Under the pieces are notes generated by a model. The model was not told the DNA's origin and did no database searches. It saw only the letters and a list, made by a program, of their open reading frames with translations. A stretch of 62,360 nt of DNA, the filler included. It is 7 parts of 7 records of this genome, joined end to end, with 100 filler letters (N's around TTAATTAATTAA, not from the genome) between each part and the next. Parts side by side here need not be neighbours in the genome. Positions count along the whole stretch, not along the records: positions 22,347 to 33,317 come from SRR31156797_27028; positions 33,418 to 42,527 come from SRR31156797_27035; 5 more parts are not named here. One strand, 5' to 3'. This document shows, one piece after another, positions 28,023-36,989 of this stretch. The position numbers were made by a program, and so were the translations under genes. Each line of letters begins with the position of its first letter. Within the stretch, counting starts at the first letter, position 1.

Positions 28023-28147
28023 TTAATTGATAATTTCGGCAAAGAAACTACCGACCGGTGTTCGGAGTGTTTGAGTTAAAAGAAAGAATACTCACTTTCT
28101 CCCATACTCTTCCCTAATACTCCCTAACTCCGAACTCCCACACTTCC

Positions 28148-28750
28148 TTAGAACATAGTTAGATCGTGGTAATCTTCTTCATCTCTGTTACCCAATACTC
28201 CATATAGCATCAGATCACGTATTTGTCGATTCATTTCCTTAGGATCATCGAAAAGATGATTGAACTTGCCCTCGATGATCATATCTGATACAATATTCGT
28301 CCAGAACATAATGATCTTTACATCAACTGTACGATTGATCTCCCCCTTCGCTTTTCCATCACTGTAGAATTCATAGGTCAACGACGTTGCTCTCTGCATA
28401 ACATCTTTCATGATGTCAACATATCTCCCGTTGTCAATATACAATTCCTGAACAAATTCCGGGCTCATGGTTTTTACAAATCCGGCTTTCCAATGAACAA
28501 GTTCCATAATTTTGTCATGAAAAGGTGCATCCTTTTCTATGATCATCTTAGACGATGCGATCGTATCATCGAAGAATTTTATTATAATTTCTTCCAGGAT
28601 CTCATGTTTATTCTTGTAATAATAATAAAATGTCATCTTGCTTACACCGGCTTCGCGGCAAATATCCTGTACTTTAGTCGCTTTGAAACCATGTTTCAAA
28701 ACAAGCCCCCATGCCGCATCCTTTAATAATTTCTTTGCATCTTTACCCAT
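28148..28750 (-). CDS. TetR/AcrR family transcriptional regulator
   Basis: N-terminal HTH: GFKATKVQDICREAGVSKMTFYYYYKNK. Confidence 0.92.
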   Translation of the reverse strand: MGKDAKKLLKDAAWGLVLKHGFKATKVQDICREAGVSKMTFYYYYKNKHEILEEIIIKFFDDTIASSKMIIEKDAPFHDKIMELVHWKAGFVKTMSPEFVQELYIDNGRYVDIMKDVMQRATSLTYEFYSDGKAKGEINRTVDVKIIMFWTNIVSDMIIEGKFNHLFDDPKEMNRQIRDLMLYGVLGNRDEEDYHDLTMF

Positions 28751-28766
28751 CTTTCACCTCAATACC

Positions 28767-28800
28767 TTACGAAATAATATGATATTTTTTCATTTCGTAA
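28767..28800. promoter_or_regulatory. Candidate TetR operator (inverted repeat TTACGAAAT-N16-ATTTCGTAA)
   Basis: Perfect 9-bp arms just upstream of the tetR start; a third TTCGTAA at 28837-28843. Confidence 0.45.
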
Positions 28801-28872
28801 TAAGTTTACTTACTATATGGCAGCATATCAAGATTATTCGTAAGTATTTTTAAATTATGATTGACCTAATTA

Positions 28873-28902
28873 TTGACTCAATGAAATATTACTTGTTATA
28901 CT
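28873..28902 (+). promoter_or_regulatory. Sigma70-type promoter for the AbrB-ABC operon
   Basis: TTGACT 28873-28878, 18-bp spacer, extended -10 TGnTATACT 28894-28902. Confidence 0.6.
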
Positions 28903-28951
28903 TGTATTACTATTGTAACTTCATTGGAAAGAAAATAATTATGAGCTACGT

Positions 28952-29236
28952 ATGAAAAACAATCAAACTCACTATATGAGCACGGTCAAAGTCGGCATAA
29001 AGGGCCAGATCGTTATACCTAAAGAGATCCGGGATATGTTCGAAATCGAACCCGGCACTCCCCTGATCATTATGGCGGATGCCGAACGCGGCATTGCCAT
29101 TCAGAAAGCAAATATTCTTGACGGTTTGGCTGACACAATATTTGCAGGAAAAGGTAAAAAAGCTCTTCCAAATGAAAAGGAAGAACATCTTGATACATAT
29201 GCAAAAGAGATCAAGAAAACTCTCAAAAAATCATAG
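28952..29236 (+). CDS. AbrB/MazE/SpoVT-family DNA-binding protein
   Basis: TVKVGIKGQIVIPKEIRDMFEIEPG signature. Confidence 0.9.
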   Translation: MKNNQTHYMSTVKVGIKGQIVIPKEIRDMFEIEPGTPLIIMADAERGIAIQKANILDGLADTIFAGKGKKALPNEKEEHLDTYAKEIKKTLKKS

Positions 29237-29245
29237 GAGCATTCT

Positions 29246-29980
29246 ATGTCAGCGATCAAAACGGAAAAACTGACAAAGAACTATAAGGATCTTTGTGCAG
29301 TAGACTCCCTGGATCTTGAGATCAAGGAAGGTGAACTCTTCTCACTTCTTGGAGTGAATGGAGCCGGAAAGACCACAACCATTAAAATGCTTTCCTGTTT
29401 AAGCAAACCAAGCAAAGGAGAAGCCATTCTTCTTGGTGACAGCATTAGAAAAGATCAATTTAAAGTCAAAGAAAAAATATCGGTATCACCGCAGGAAACA
29501 GCGATCGCACCCTACTTATCCGTAAGAGAAAATCTTGAATTTATTTGTGGGGTCAGTGGTTTTGACAAACAAAAAGCCAAAACAAAAACCGAGGAAATGA
29601 TCAGCAAATTAAACATGAAGAATATTGCTAAAAAACAGGCACGGAAGCTTTCAGGTGGATGGCAACGTCGACTAAGCATTGCAATGGCCTTGATCACTGA
29701 GCCTAAGATCCTTTTTCTGGATGAACCGACTCTTGGCTTGGATGTGATCGCTCGTCGTGAGCTATGGAATATCATCAAAGATCTCAAAGGTAAAATGACG
29801 ATGATACTTACTACTCACTATATGGAAGAAGCTGAAGCATTATCCGATAAGATCGGCATTATGTCTAATGGTGTTATTGTTGCGATGGGAACAGCCGATT
29901 CACTGGTAAAACAAACCAAAACAAAGAATTTTGAAGAAGCCTTCATTTCCATCGTAAGCCAGAGAGGAGAAGCATCATGA
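29246..29980 (+). CDS. ABC-2 type exporter ATP-binding protein
   Basis: GVNGAGKTT, LSGGW, ILFLDEPT, TTHYMEEA. Confidence 0.95.
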   Translation: MSAIKTEKLTKNYKDLCAVDSLDLEIKEGELFSLLGVNGAGKTTTIKMLSCLSKPSKGEAILLGDSIRKDQFKVKEKISVSPQETAIAPYLSVRENLEFICGVSGFDKQKAKTKTEEMISKLNMKNIAKKQARKLSGGWQRRLSIAMALITEPKILFLDEPTLGLDVIARRELWNIIKDLKGKMTMILTTHYMEEAEALSDKIGIMSNGVIVAMGTADSLVKQTKTKNFEEAFISIVSQRGEAS

Positions 29981-30711
29981 AAATAGCAGCTTTCTCACTC
30001 AGAAATCTTAAAGAGATTCTCAGAGATAAACTCAATATCATGTTCGGATTGGGTTTCCCTTTGATATTGATCATCATTCTTTCATTGATACAACGGAATA
30101 TACCTGAAGGTCTTTTTCAGATCCATATGCTGACTCCCGGTATTGTAGTTTTCGGATTCTCTTTCTTATCCTTATTCTCAGGTATGTTGATAGCTAAAGA
30201 CAGGTCAACATCATTGTTTATGCGTTTGTTCACTTCTCCTCTAACAGCTACACATTTTATCATTTCATATTACATACCTTTCATCCCCTTTGCTATGATC
30301 CAGGCTAGCATTGTACTGATCGTTGCCTTATTTCTGGGCTTGGGTTTCACCTTCAACTTTTTTGGTCTCTTGATCGTATTGATCCCGGCTGCCATCCTGT
30401 TCATCTCACTTGGACTATTGTTTGGGACCATTCTGAACGACAAACAGGTCGGTGGTGTGTGCGGGGCATTGCTTACAAATTTTTCTGCCTGGTTATCCGA
30501 CACATGGTTCGATGTAGAATTGATAGGAGCAGGATTTGCAAAAGTCGCAAAGGCTCTACCATTCTATCACGCGGTTGAAGCAGGAAGATATGCTCTGGCA
30601 GGTGAATATTCTAAAGTTTTCCCTGATCTTTGGTGGGTATTGGGATATGCTCTTGTCATTACCATCGTCACGATCATGATCTTTAAAAGTAAAATGAATT
30701 ACGATAAATAA
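29977..30711 (+). CDS. ABC-2 type exporter permease
   Basis: Six hydrophobic segments, RLFTSP, LPFYHA; ATGA overlap with the ATPase. Confidence 0.9.
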   Translation: MKIAAFSLRNLKEILRDKLNIMFGLGFPLILIIILSLIQRNIPEGLFQIHMLTPGIVVFGFSFLSLFSGMLIAKDRSTSLFMRLFTSPLTATHFIISYYIPFIPFAMIQASIVLIVALFLGLGFTFNFFGLLIVLIPAAILFISLGLLFGTILNDKQVGGVCGALLTNFSAWLSDTWFDVELIGAGFAKVAKALPFYHAVEAGRYALAGEYSKVFPDLWWVLGYALVITIVTIMIFKSKMNYDK

Positions 30712-30776
30712 TTGGTTTTGCTGAGTTGATGAGAAGATTAACATTGACTCATAGCAAATAATTACTATCTTTCGCC

Positions 30777-32024
30777 ATGTCAGAAATACAATATAATATC
30801 ATTGTCATCGGCGCCGGTGCTGCCGGCTTGATGGCTGCGGGAACTGCCGCAGAACAAGGGGCAAAAGTTCTATTACTGGACTCCATGAAACGTGCAGGGC
30901 GAAAACTCCTGATCACCGGCAAGGGTCGCTGCAATATCACGAATAATTCCGATATTCAGCATTTTATGAAACAGGTATTTCCTGTCCCGAAGTTTTGCCG
31001 GCCAATGTTTTCGCGATATTTTGTATCCGATATCCTCCAGCATTTTCATAAACTTGATGTCCCCACCAAAGAAGAGCGTGGACGGCGTGTCTTTCCGGAG
31101 TCCGAGAAATCTATGGATGTGGTCACCTCACTTGTTAAATGGGTTGAAAATGCAGGTGTAACGATCAAATATGACAGACGAGTCAAAAAAATACTTAAAG
31201 AAGATGACAAAATCAGCGCTGTCTCCTTAGATACCGGTGCTGTTTTTAAATGCGACAAAGTCATTCTAGCCACCGGTGGCCGCTCTTACCCTGCAACGGG
31301 AAGTACAGGAGATGGTTATAGAATGCTACGTGAACTCGGAGTAAAGGTCAATATGACACTCCCAGCTCTCGTCCCGCTAGAAACGGCAGGAAAGCTGGCT
31401 GAAGATATGCAGGGACTGGCTTTAAAAAATGTGAATGCCACCCTTTGGGCAGATAATAAAAAAGTCCGCTCCAAATTCGGTGAAATGCTCTTTACACATT
31501 TCGGACTATCCGGTCCCATTATACTTGATCTCAGTCGGGATGCAGTGATCGCCATGAAAGAAAATAAATTCGTGGAGATCACCTTGGATCATAAACCTGC
31601 TCTTGATAATGAAAAACTTGATGCTCGCCTTTTACGTGAACTTGACTTTCATGGAAAGTCAAAATTAAAGAGCATGCTGAAAAACCTCATGCCCATGAGC
31701 ATGATATATCCTTTCTGTCATTATGTTGAATGCGATCCCGATAAGTTCTGCAATCAGATAAGTGGAAAAGACCGTAAACGCATGCACCAGGGATTAAAAG
31801 AAATGCGATTTACCATTACCGGAAATACAGGATGGAACGACGCCATCATCACCTCAGGTGGTGTTGATTTAAAGGGGATCAACCCTTCCACTATGGAAAG
31901 CAAGGTTGTTGAAGGACTTTATCTTGCCGGCGAGATACTTGATCTTGATGCTGCAACAGGTGGATATAATCTGCAGATCGCCTGGTCATCGGGCTTCGTT
32001 GCGGGAATGAATGCCTCTCAGTAA
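30777..32024 (+). CDS. HI0933/YhiN/BaiN-family flavoprotein
   Basis: IGAGAAGLMAA, GRKLLITGKGRCNITN, ATGG.SYP.TGSTGDG, LFTHFGLSGP, TGGYNLQ.AWSSG. Confidence 0.92.
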   Translation: MSEIQYNIIVIGAGAAGLMAAGTAAEQGAKVLLLDSMKRAGRKLLITGKGRCNITNNSDIQHFMKQVFPVPKFCRPMFSRYFVSDILQHFHKLDVPTKEERGRRVFPESEKSMDVVTSLVKWVENAGVTIKYDRRVKKILKEDDKISAVSLDTGAVFKCDKVILATGGRSYPATGSTGDGYRMLRELGVKVNMTLPALVPLETAGKLAEDMQGLALKNVNATLWADNKKVRSKFGEMLFTHFGLSGPIILDLSRDAVIAMKENKFVEITLDHKPALDNEKLDARLLRELDFHGKSKLKSMLKNLMPMSMIYPFCHYVECDPDKFCNQISGKDRKRMHQGLKEMRFTITGNTGWNDAIITSGGVDLKGINPSTMESKVVEGLYLAGEILDLDAATGGYNLQIAWSSGFVAGMNASQ

Positions 32025-32069
32025 CTGAATAATATTTGCTTTAATATTTTATTTGTAATAATTTCTAAT

Positions 32070-32873
32070 ATGAAATTATCAAAAACATTATTCATTTTAG
32101 CTTTGTGTGCTACTCTTTTTTCTGCAGAAACCATTGATCCATCATTTACTTTTGGGAAATACTTTTTTTGGGACCACGGAGCAGGTATCGGGTCTTTCAG
32201 AGATGAGGGTACATCTCCCCTCACCTATTCCGGCCTGACTGCGAGACTGGGAACCGGTTATCTCGGAGAAAAAGAAAATCATAGCCTTGAATTCAGAATG
32301 AACGCCAATTACATGCTGGGATTTCTTACACAAGGTTACGAGATACAGAATTTCTTTGGCGACATTCAGTTTTCCTATCTACACACCATTCCTGCATTTA
32401 AAAATGAGCAATTGATCCTGAAAGCGGGCGGTAAACTGTCAACGACTTTCTCAGGAACTATGAACGGTTCATATCAAAATGCATCCTTTAATTATGATAT
32501 ATACACGGGATTGTATGCACGCGGGCAACTAACTTATGCCTTTATCAAACCCGAAAAGCAGAAAAAAAGACGGCTGGTACCGGAAAAACGTTTGGCGCTT
32601 GTCTATGATCTTGACTTTCCTTTGATGCTTTTGAATATGCGTCCGGAATTCCCCTATGTAATTGATGGCAATATGATCACTTTGGATCGTCATATTTTCC
32701 TTGGCGGATATGCCATGCAAAGCAAGATCGCCTTAAGGCATTTTTTCAAGAATGGGAATGCTTTTGAGACAGCTTATGTCTGGAGAATGTATATGACCGG
32801 AAAGCGCGATATATACTCTCTTGAAAGTGCGGGTCATATTTTTCAATTCTCCTATTATTTTAAACTGGATTAA
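32070..32873 (+). CDS. Secreted hypothetical protein, possibly an outer-membrane beta-barrel
   Basis: Signal peptide; Tyr/Phe/Gly-rich amphipathic strand pattern; ends FQFSYYFKLD. Confidence 0.55.
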   Translation: MKLSKTLFILALCATLFSAETIDPSFTFGKYFFWDHGAGIGSFRDEGTSPLTYSGLTARLGTGYLGEKENHSLEFRMNANYMLGFLTQGYEIQNFFGDIQFSYLHTIPAFKNEQLILKAGGKLSTTFSGTMNGSYQNASFNYDIYTGLYARGQLTYAFIKPEKQKKRRLVPEKRLALVYDLDFPLMLLNMRPEFPYVIDGNMITLDRHIFLGGYAMQSKIALRHFFKNGNAFETAYVWRMYMTGKRDIYSLESAGHIFQFSYYFKLD

Positions 32874-32876
32874 GCC

Positions 32877-33317
32877 ATGAAAAAGTATAATTTCATTATC
32901 ATATTTCTTTCAATTGTCTTCCTATTCACATCTTGTGAAAAGTTATTCTTTTCGCCTGAACCGATGTCAGATCAACGTGCCGTATTTCAGTATCTCTGGG
33001 ACAAAGTGGATCAGCAATATGCTTACTTTGATGTTAAAAACGTCGATTGGGATGACATTTATACTGAATATTCAAATAAGATGCATGAAGATCTTTCGGG
33101 GGATTCTCTTTTCTTCTATCTTGGATCCATGCTGAATGAACTTAAAGACGGACATGTGAATCTCTTCTCCAGTTTTAATGTGTCCCGTTTTGACATCAGT
33201 AAACTTGGTCCGGAAAATATTGATTATCGATTTGTTCAGGATAACTACCTTGGACTTGATTATTACAGTACCGGCCCATTCAGGCACGATTTTATTGCTG
33301 ATGGGGATGTTGCTTAT
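32877..33317 (+). CDS. S41 family peptidase lipoprotein (N-terminal part), truncated
   Basis: Lipobox FLFTSC; F..LW..VD..Y.YF..K.VDW, ML.EL.DGHVNL (tricorn C1-like helical domain). Confidence 0.8.
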
Positions 33318-33417
33318 NNNNNNNNNNNNNNNNNNNNNNNNNNNNNNNNNNNNNNNNNNNNTTAATTAATTAANNNNNNNNNNNNNNNNNNNNNNNNNNN
33401 NNNNNNNNNNNNNNNNN
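33318..33417. other. Artificial contig spacer
   Basis: 44 N + TTAATTAATTAA + 44 N. Confidence 0.99.
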
Positions 33418-34733
33418 AGGGATCGGGCGATGGAAATGCGTTGTCGCTGACCGCCGGAGAATTCGTGCGGATAGCGGTCCTGCATATCGGCGCGAAGGCC
33501 GACTTCCTCGAGCGTTTTGCCGATCAGGTCGCGGCGCTCGTCGTAAGATCCGCCGATGCCGTGTACCAGCAATCCCTCTTCGACGATCTGCCCGACCGAC
33601 AGGCGCGGGCTCAGGCTGCCGAAGGGATCCTGGAAAACCATCTGCATGCGCTTGCGCAGGGGCCGCAGGGATTTCCAGTTGCGGCCTTGAATTTCTTCGC
33701 CGCGGAATAGGATCGATCCGTCGCTTTTTTCGAGGCGCAGGAGGGCGCGTCCGAGGGTGCTTTTGCCGGAACCGCTTTCGCCGACGACGCCGAGTGTCTG
33801 GCCTTCGCGCAAACGCAGGGAAATGCCGTCCACCGCCTTGATATGGCCGATCGTGCGCCTCACCACACCCTTGCGAATGGGGAACCACACCTTGGCCGTA
33901 TCGGCGGCCATGACGACGGGTGCGTTCGGGTCCGGCGTCCGCGGCTGGCCCGATGGTTCGGCGGCGAGAAGGCGTTGCGTGTATTCGTGGCTGGGGTGAT
34001 CGAAGACCGATGCAGTGGCGCCGGTCTCGACGATTTCACCATCGTTCATGACGCAGACTTCCCGCGTCATATGGCGGACGATGCCGAGATCGTGGGTGAT
34101 CAGAAGCAGCGCCATGCCGAGCTTGGCCTGGAGATCCTTCAGCAGTTTCAGGATCTGTGCCTGTACGGTGACGTCCAGCGCCGTCGTCGGCTCGTCGGCG
34201 ATCAGAAGGTCCGGTTCGTTGGCCAGTGCCATGGCGATCATGACGCGCTGCTGCTGGCCGCCGGAAAACTCGTGCGGAAGTGCGTCCAGGCGGGTCAATG
34301 CCTCTTCCAGACCGACCAGACGCAGCAGTTCCTCGACCCGGTCGCGGGCCTGGCCACGGCCCATGGATTTGTGGACGAACAGGACCTCGTTGATCTGGCG
34401 TTCGATGCTGTGAAGCGGATTGAGGGAACTCAGCGGTTCCTGAAAGATCATGGCGACGCGGTTGCCGCGAAGCTGGCGCAGCCGATCCATCCCGGCGCCG
34501 ATCAGTTCCTCGTCCCGGTACATAATGCTGCCACTGGGATGATGCGCCATCGGATAGGGCAGGAGTTGCAGGATCGATAGGGCAGATACCGATTTGCCCG
34601 ATCCGCTTTCGCCGACCAACCCGAGGCTGTCGCCGGCGTTCACGGAGAAGGAAACGTCACGCACCGCCTTGACTTCGCGTTCGCCGCGGCCGAACGACGT
34701 ATGCAGGTTGCGAACCTCGAGGAGCTTGCTCAT
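33418..34733 (-). CDS. yejF: Peptide ABC transporter dual ATPase, 3' end truncated
   Basis: Two GESGSGKS Walker A motifs and two PHEFSGGQ motifs; operon context. Confidence 0.88.
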
Positions 34734-35857
34734 TGTGCCGCCTCCGTTCTACCCCTGGCGGCCAGTTCGGCCGCGGCGTCTTCCTTGGCCGGCGGCGCGG
34801 CGAAGATCTTGCGCGGATCGAAGGCGTCGCGCACGGCTTCGCCGACGAAGATCAGAAGGCTGAGCATGACAGCCAGACTGAAGAACCCTGTCAGGCCCAG
34901 CCACGGGGCCTGGATATTGTTCTTTCCCTGGTTCAGAAGTTCGCCCAGCGATGGCGATCCCGGCGGCAGGCCGAATCCCAGAAAGTCCAGACTGGTCAGG
35001 ACCGTAATGCCGCCCGACAGGATGAACGGCAGGAAGGTCAGGGTCGCCACCATGGCGTTGGGCAGGATGTGTTTGAACATGATGGTCGTGTTGGAAACCC
35101 CCAGGGAGCGGGCGGCGCGCACGTAATCCAGATTGCGGGCCCTAAGGAATTCGGCGCGAACGACGCCGACCAACGACATCCAGCTGAACAACAACAGTAA
35201 ACCAAGCAGCCACCAGAAGCTGGGTGTGACGATGCTGGCCAAAATGATCAGCAGGAAGAGTTGCGGCATCCCGGACCAGATTTCGATGATCCGCTGGAAC
35301 AGAAGGTCGGTCAGGCCTCCGAAATACCCCTGCACGGCGCCTGCCGCAATGCCGACAACGGAGCTTAGAATCGTCAGAATTAGGCCGAAAAGCACGGAAA
35401 TGCGAAATCCGTAGATCAGCCTGGCGGTGACATCGCGGCCCTGATCGTCGGTGCCGAGCCAATTGATCGTATCGGGTGGGGACGGCGCCGGCTGGTCGAG
35501 CTGAAAATTGATGCTGTCGTATGAAAAACGAACCAGCGGCCAGATCATCCAGCCTTTTTCCTCGATCAGTTCGGTAACTTCGGGGTCGGAATATTCGGCC
35601 TCGGTTTCCAGAAAACCGCCGAATTCGGTTTCCGAGTAGGCAACCAGCGTCGGGTAATAGAACGTCCCGTCGTAATGGATCAGCAGCGGCTTGTCGTTGG
35701 CAATGAATTCGGCGAACAGGCTGCCGACGAATAAAATCAGGAAAATCCAGAGCGACCAGAATCCGCGCTTGTTGGCGCGGAAGTTGGCCAACCTGCGGCG
35801 TGTTACCGGTGTGATGCGAATCCCGAGGAAGCGGTCTTGGGCCATGGCTTCAGACAT
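34730..35857 (-). CDS. yejE: Peptide ABC transporter permease
   Basis: ANDKPLL, WLGTDDQGRD, VRAEFLRARN.DYVRAAR, GEAVRDAFDPRK. Confidence 0.9.
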   Translation of the reverse strand: MSEAMAQDRFLGIRITPVTRRRLANFRANKRGFWSLWIFLILFVGSLFAEFIANDKPLLIHYDGTFYYPTLVAYSETEFGGFLETEAEYSDPEVTELIEEKGWMIWPLVRFSYDSINFQLDQPAPSPPDTINWLGTDDQGRDVTARLIYGFRISVLFGLILTILSSVVGIAAGAVQGYFGGLTDLLFQRIIEIWSGMPQLFLLIILASIVTPSFWWLLGLLLLFSWMSLVGVVRAEFLRARNLDYVRAARSLGVSNTTIMFKHILPNAMVATLTFLPFILSGGITVLTSLDFLGFGLPPGSPSLGELLNQGKNNIQAPWLGLTGFFSLAVMLSLLIFVGEAVRDAFDPRKIFAAPPAKEDAAAELAARGRTEAAQ

Positions 35858-36971
35858 CCTGGGCTTCGAAATCGATACGCGGATCGATGACGTGATACAT
35901 CAAATCGCCGATCAAATTCAGGATCAGGCCCAAGAGCGTGAAAAAGAACAGGGTCCCGAACATGACCGGATAGTCGCGATTGATGACGGCCTCGAAACCG
36001 AGCAGTCCAAGACCATCGAGGGAAAAGATGATCTCGGTCAAAAGCGCGCCGGTGAACAGGATGCCGACGAAGGCGCTGGGGAAACCGGCGACCACGATCA
36101 GCATGGCGTTGCGGAAAATATGGCCATACAGCACGCGCTGTTCCGGCAGGCCCTTGGAGCGCGCCGTCGTCACGTATTGTTTATTGATCTCCTCGAGAAA
36201 CGAGTTCTTGGTCAGCATGGTCAGGCCGGCGAATCCGCCGATGACCAGCGACAGGATGGGCAGGGCGATGTGCCAGAAATAATCGAGGACTTTTTCCAGC
36301 ATTCCCAGTTCGGCGAAATTATCCGAAACCAGGCCGCGCAAGGGGAACCAGTCGAGATAGCGCCCGCCGGCGAAGACGACGATCAAAAGAATGGCGAAAA
36401 GGAAGCTGGGGATGGCGTTGCCGACGACGACGATGCCACTGGTCCAGACGTCGAATCGGGAACCGTCCCGCACCGCCTTTCGAATGCCCAGCGGGATCGA
36501 GATCAGATAGACGAAGAATGTCGTCCAAAGACCCAGCGATATGGATACCGGCATCTTCTCGATGACCAGATCGATGACGCTCTGGCTGCGGAAATAGCTT
36601 TCACCGAAATCGAATTGCACATAGTTCCGCATCATGTGAACGAAGCGTATGTGCATGGGTTTGTCGAAGCCGAACTGGCGTTCGATTTCCTTGATGAACT
36701 CGGGATCCAAGCCCTGGGCGCCACGGTATCGGCTTTGACCCTGTCCGTTGCCGGCAGGTGTCGCGCCGGAATCGCCCTGTCCGCCCCCGACCTCGCCGCC
36801 TTGCTGGCCACCGACACGGGCGGTGGCCGAAACCTGAATGCCTTGAAGATTGGCGATCACCTGTTCGACCGGGCCGCCGGGCGCAAACTGCACGATGACG
36901 AAATTGACCACCATGATCCCGAACAGGGTCGGGACGATCAGCAACAGGCGACGGATGATGTATGCGAGCAT
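35850..36971 (-). CDS. yejB: Peptide ABC transporter permease
   Basis: QFAPGGPVEQ, YRGAQGLDPE, LTKNSFLEEI.KQYV.TAR.KG, DPRIDFE. Confidence 0.92.
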   Translation of the reverse strand: MLAYIIRRLLLIVPTLFGIMVVNFVIVQFAPGGPVEQVIANLQGIQVSATARVGGQQGGEVGGGQGDSGATPAGNGQGQSRYRGAQGLDPEFIKEIERQFGFDKPMHIRFVHMMRNYVQFDFGESYFRSQSVIDLVIEKMPVSISLGLWTTFFVYLISIPLGIRKAVRDGSRFDVWTSGIVVVGNAIPSFLFAILLIVVFAGGRYLDWFPLRGLVSDNFAELGMLEKVLDYFWHIALPILSLVIGGFAGLTMLTKNSFLEEINKQYVTTARSKGLPEQRVLYGHIFRNAMLIVVAGFPSAFVGILFTGALLTEIIFSLDGLGLLGFEAVINRDYPVMFGTLFFFTLLGLILNLIGDLMYHVIDPRIDFEAQDV

Positions 36972-36989
36972 TGTGCGTCTGCCGGGCTG

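Noticed and set aside
28952-29236. MazE-type toxin-antitoxin module
   Set aside because: The downstream gene is an ABC ATPase, not a toxin
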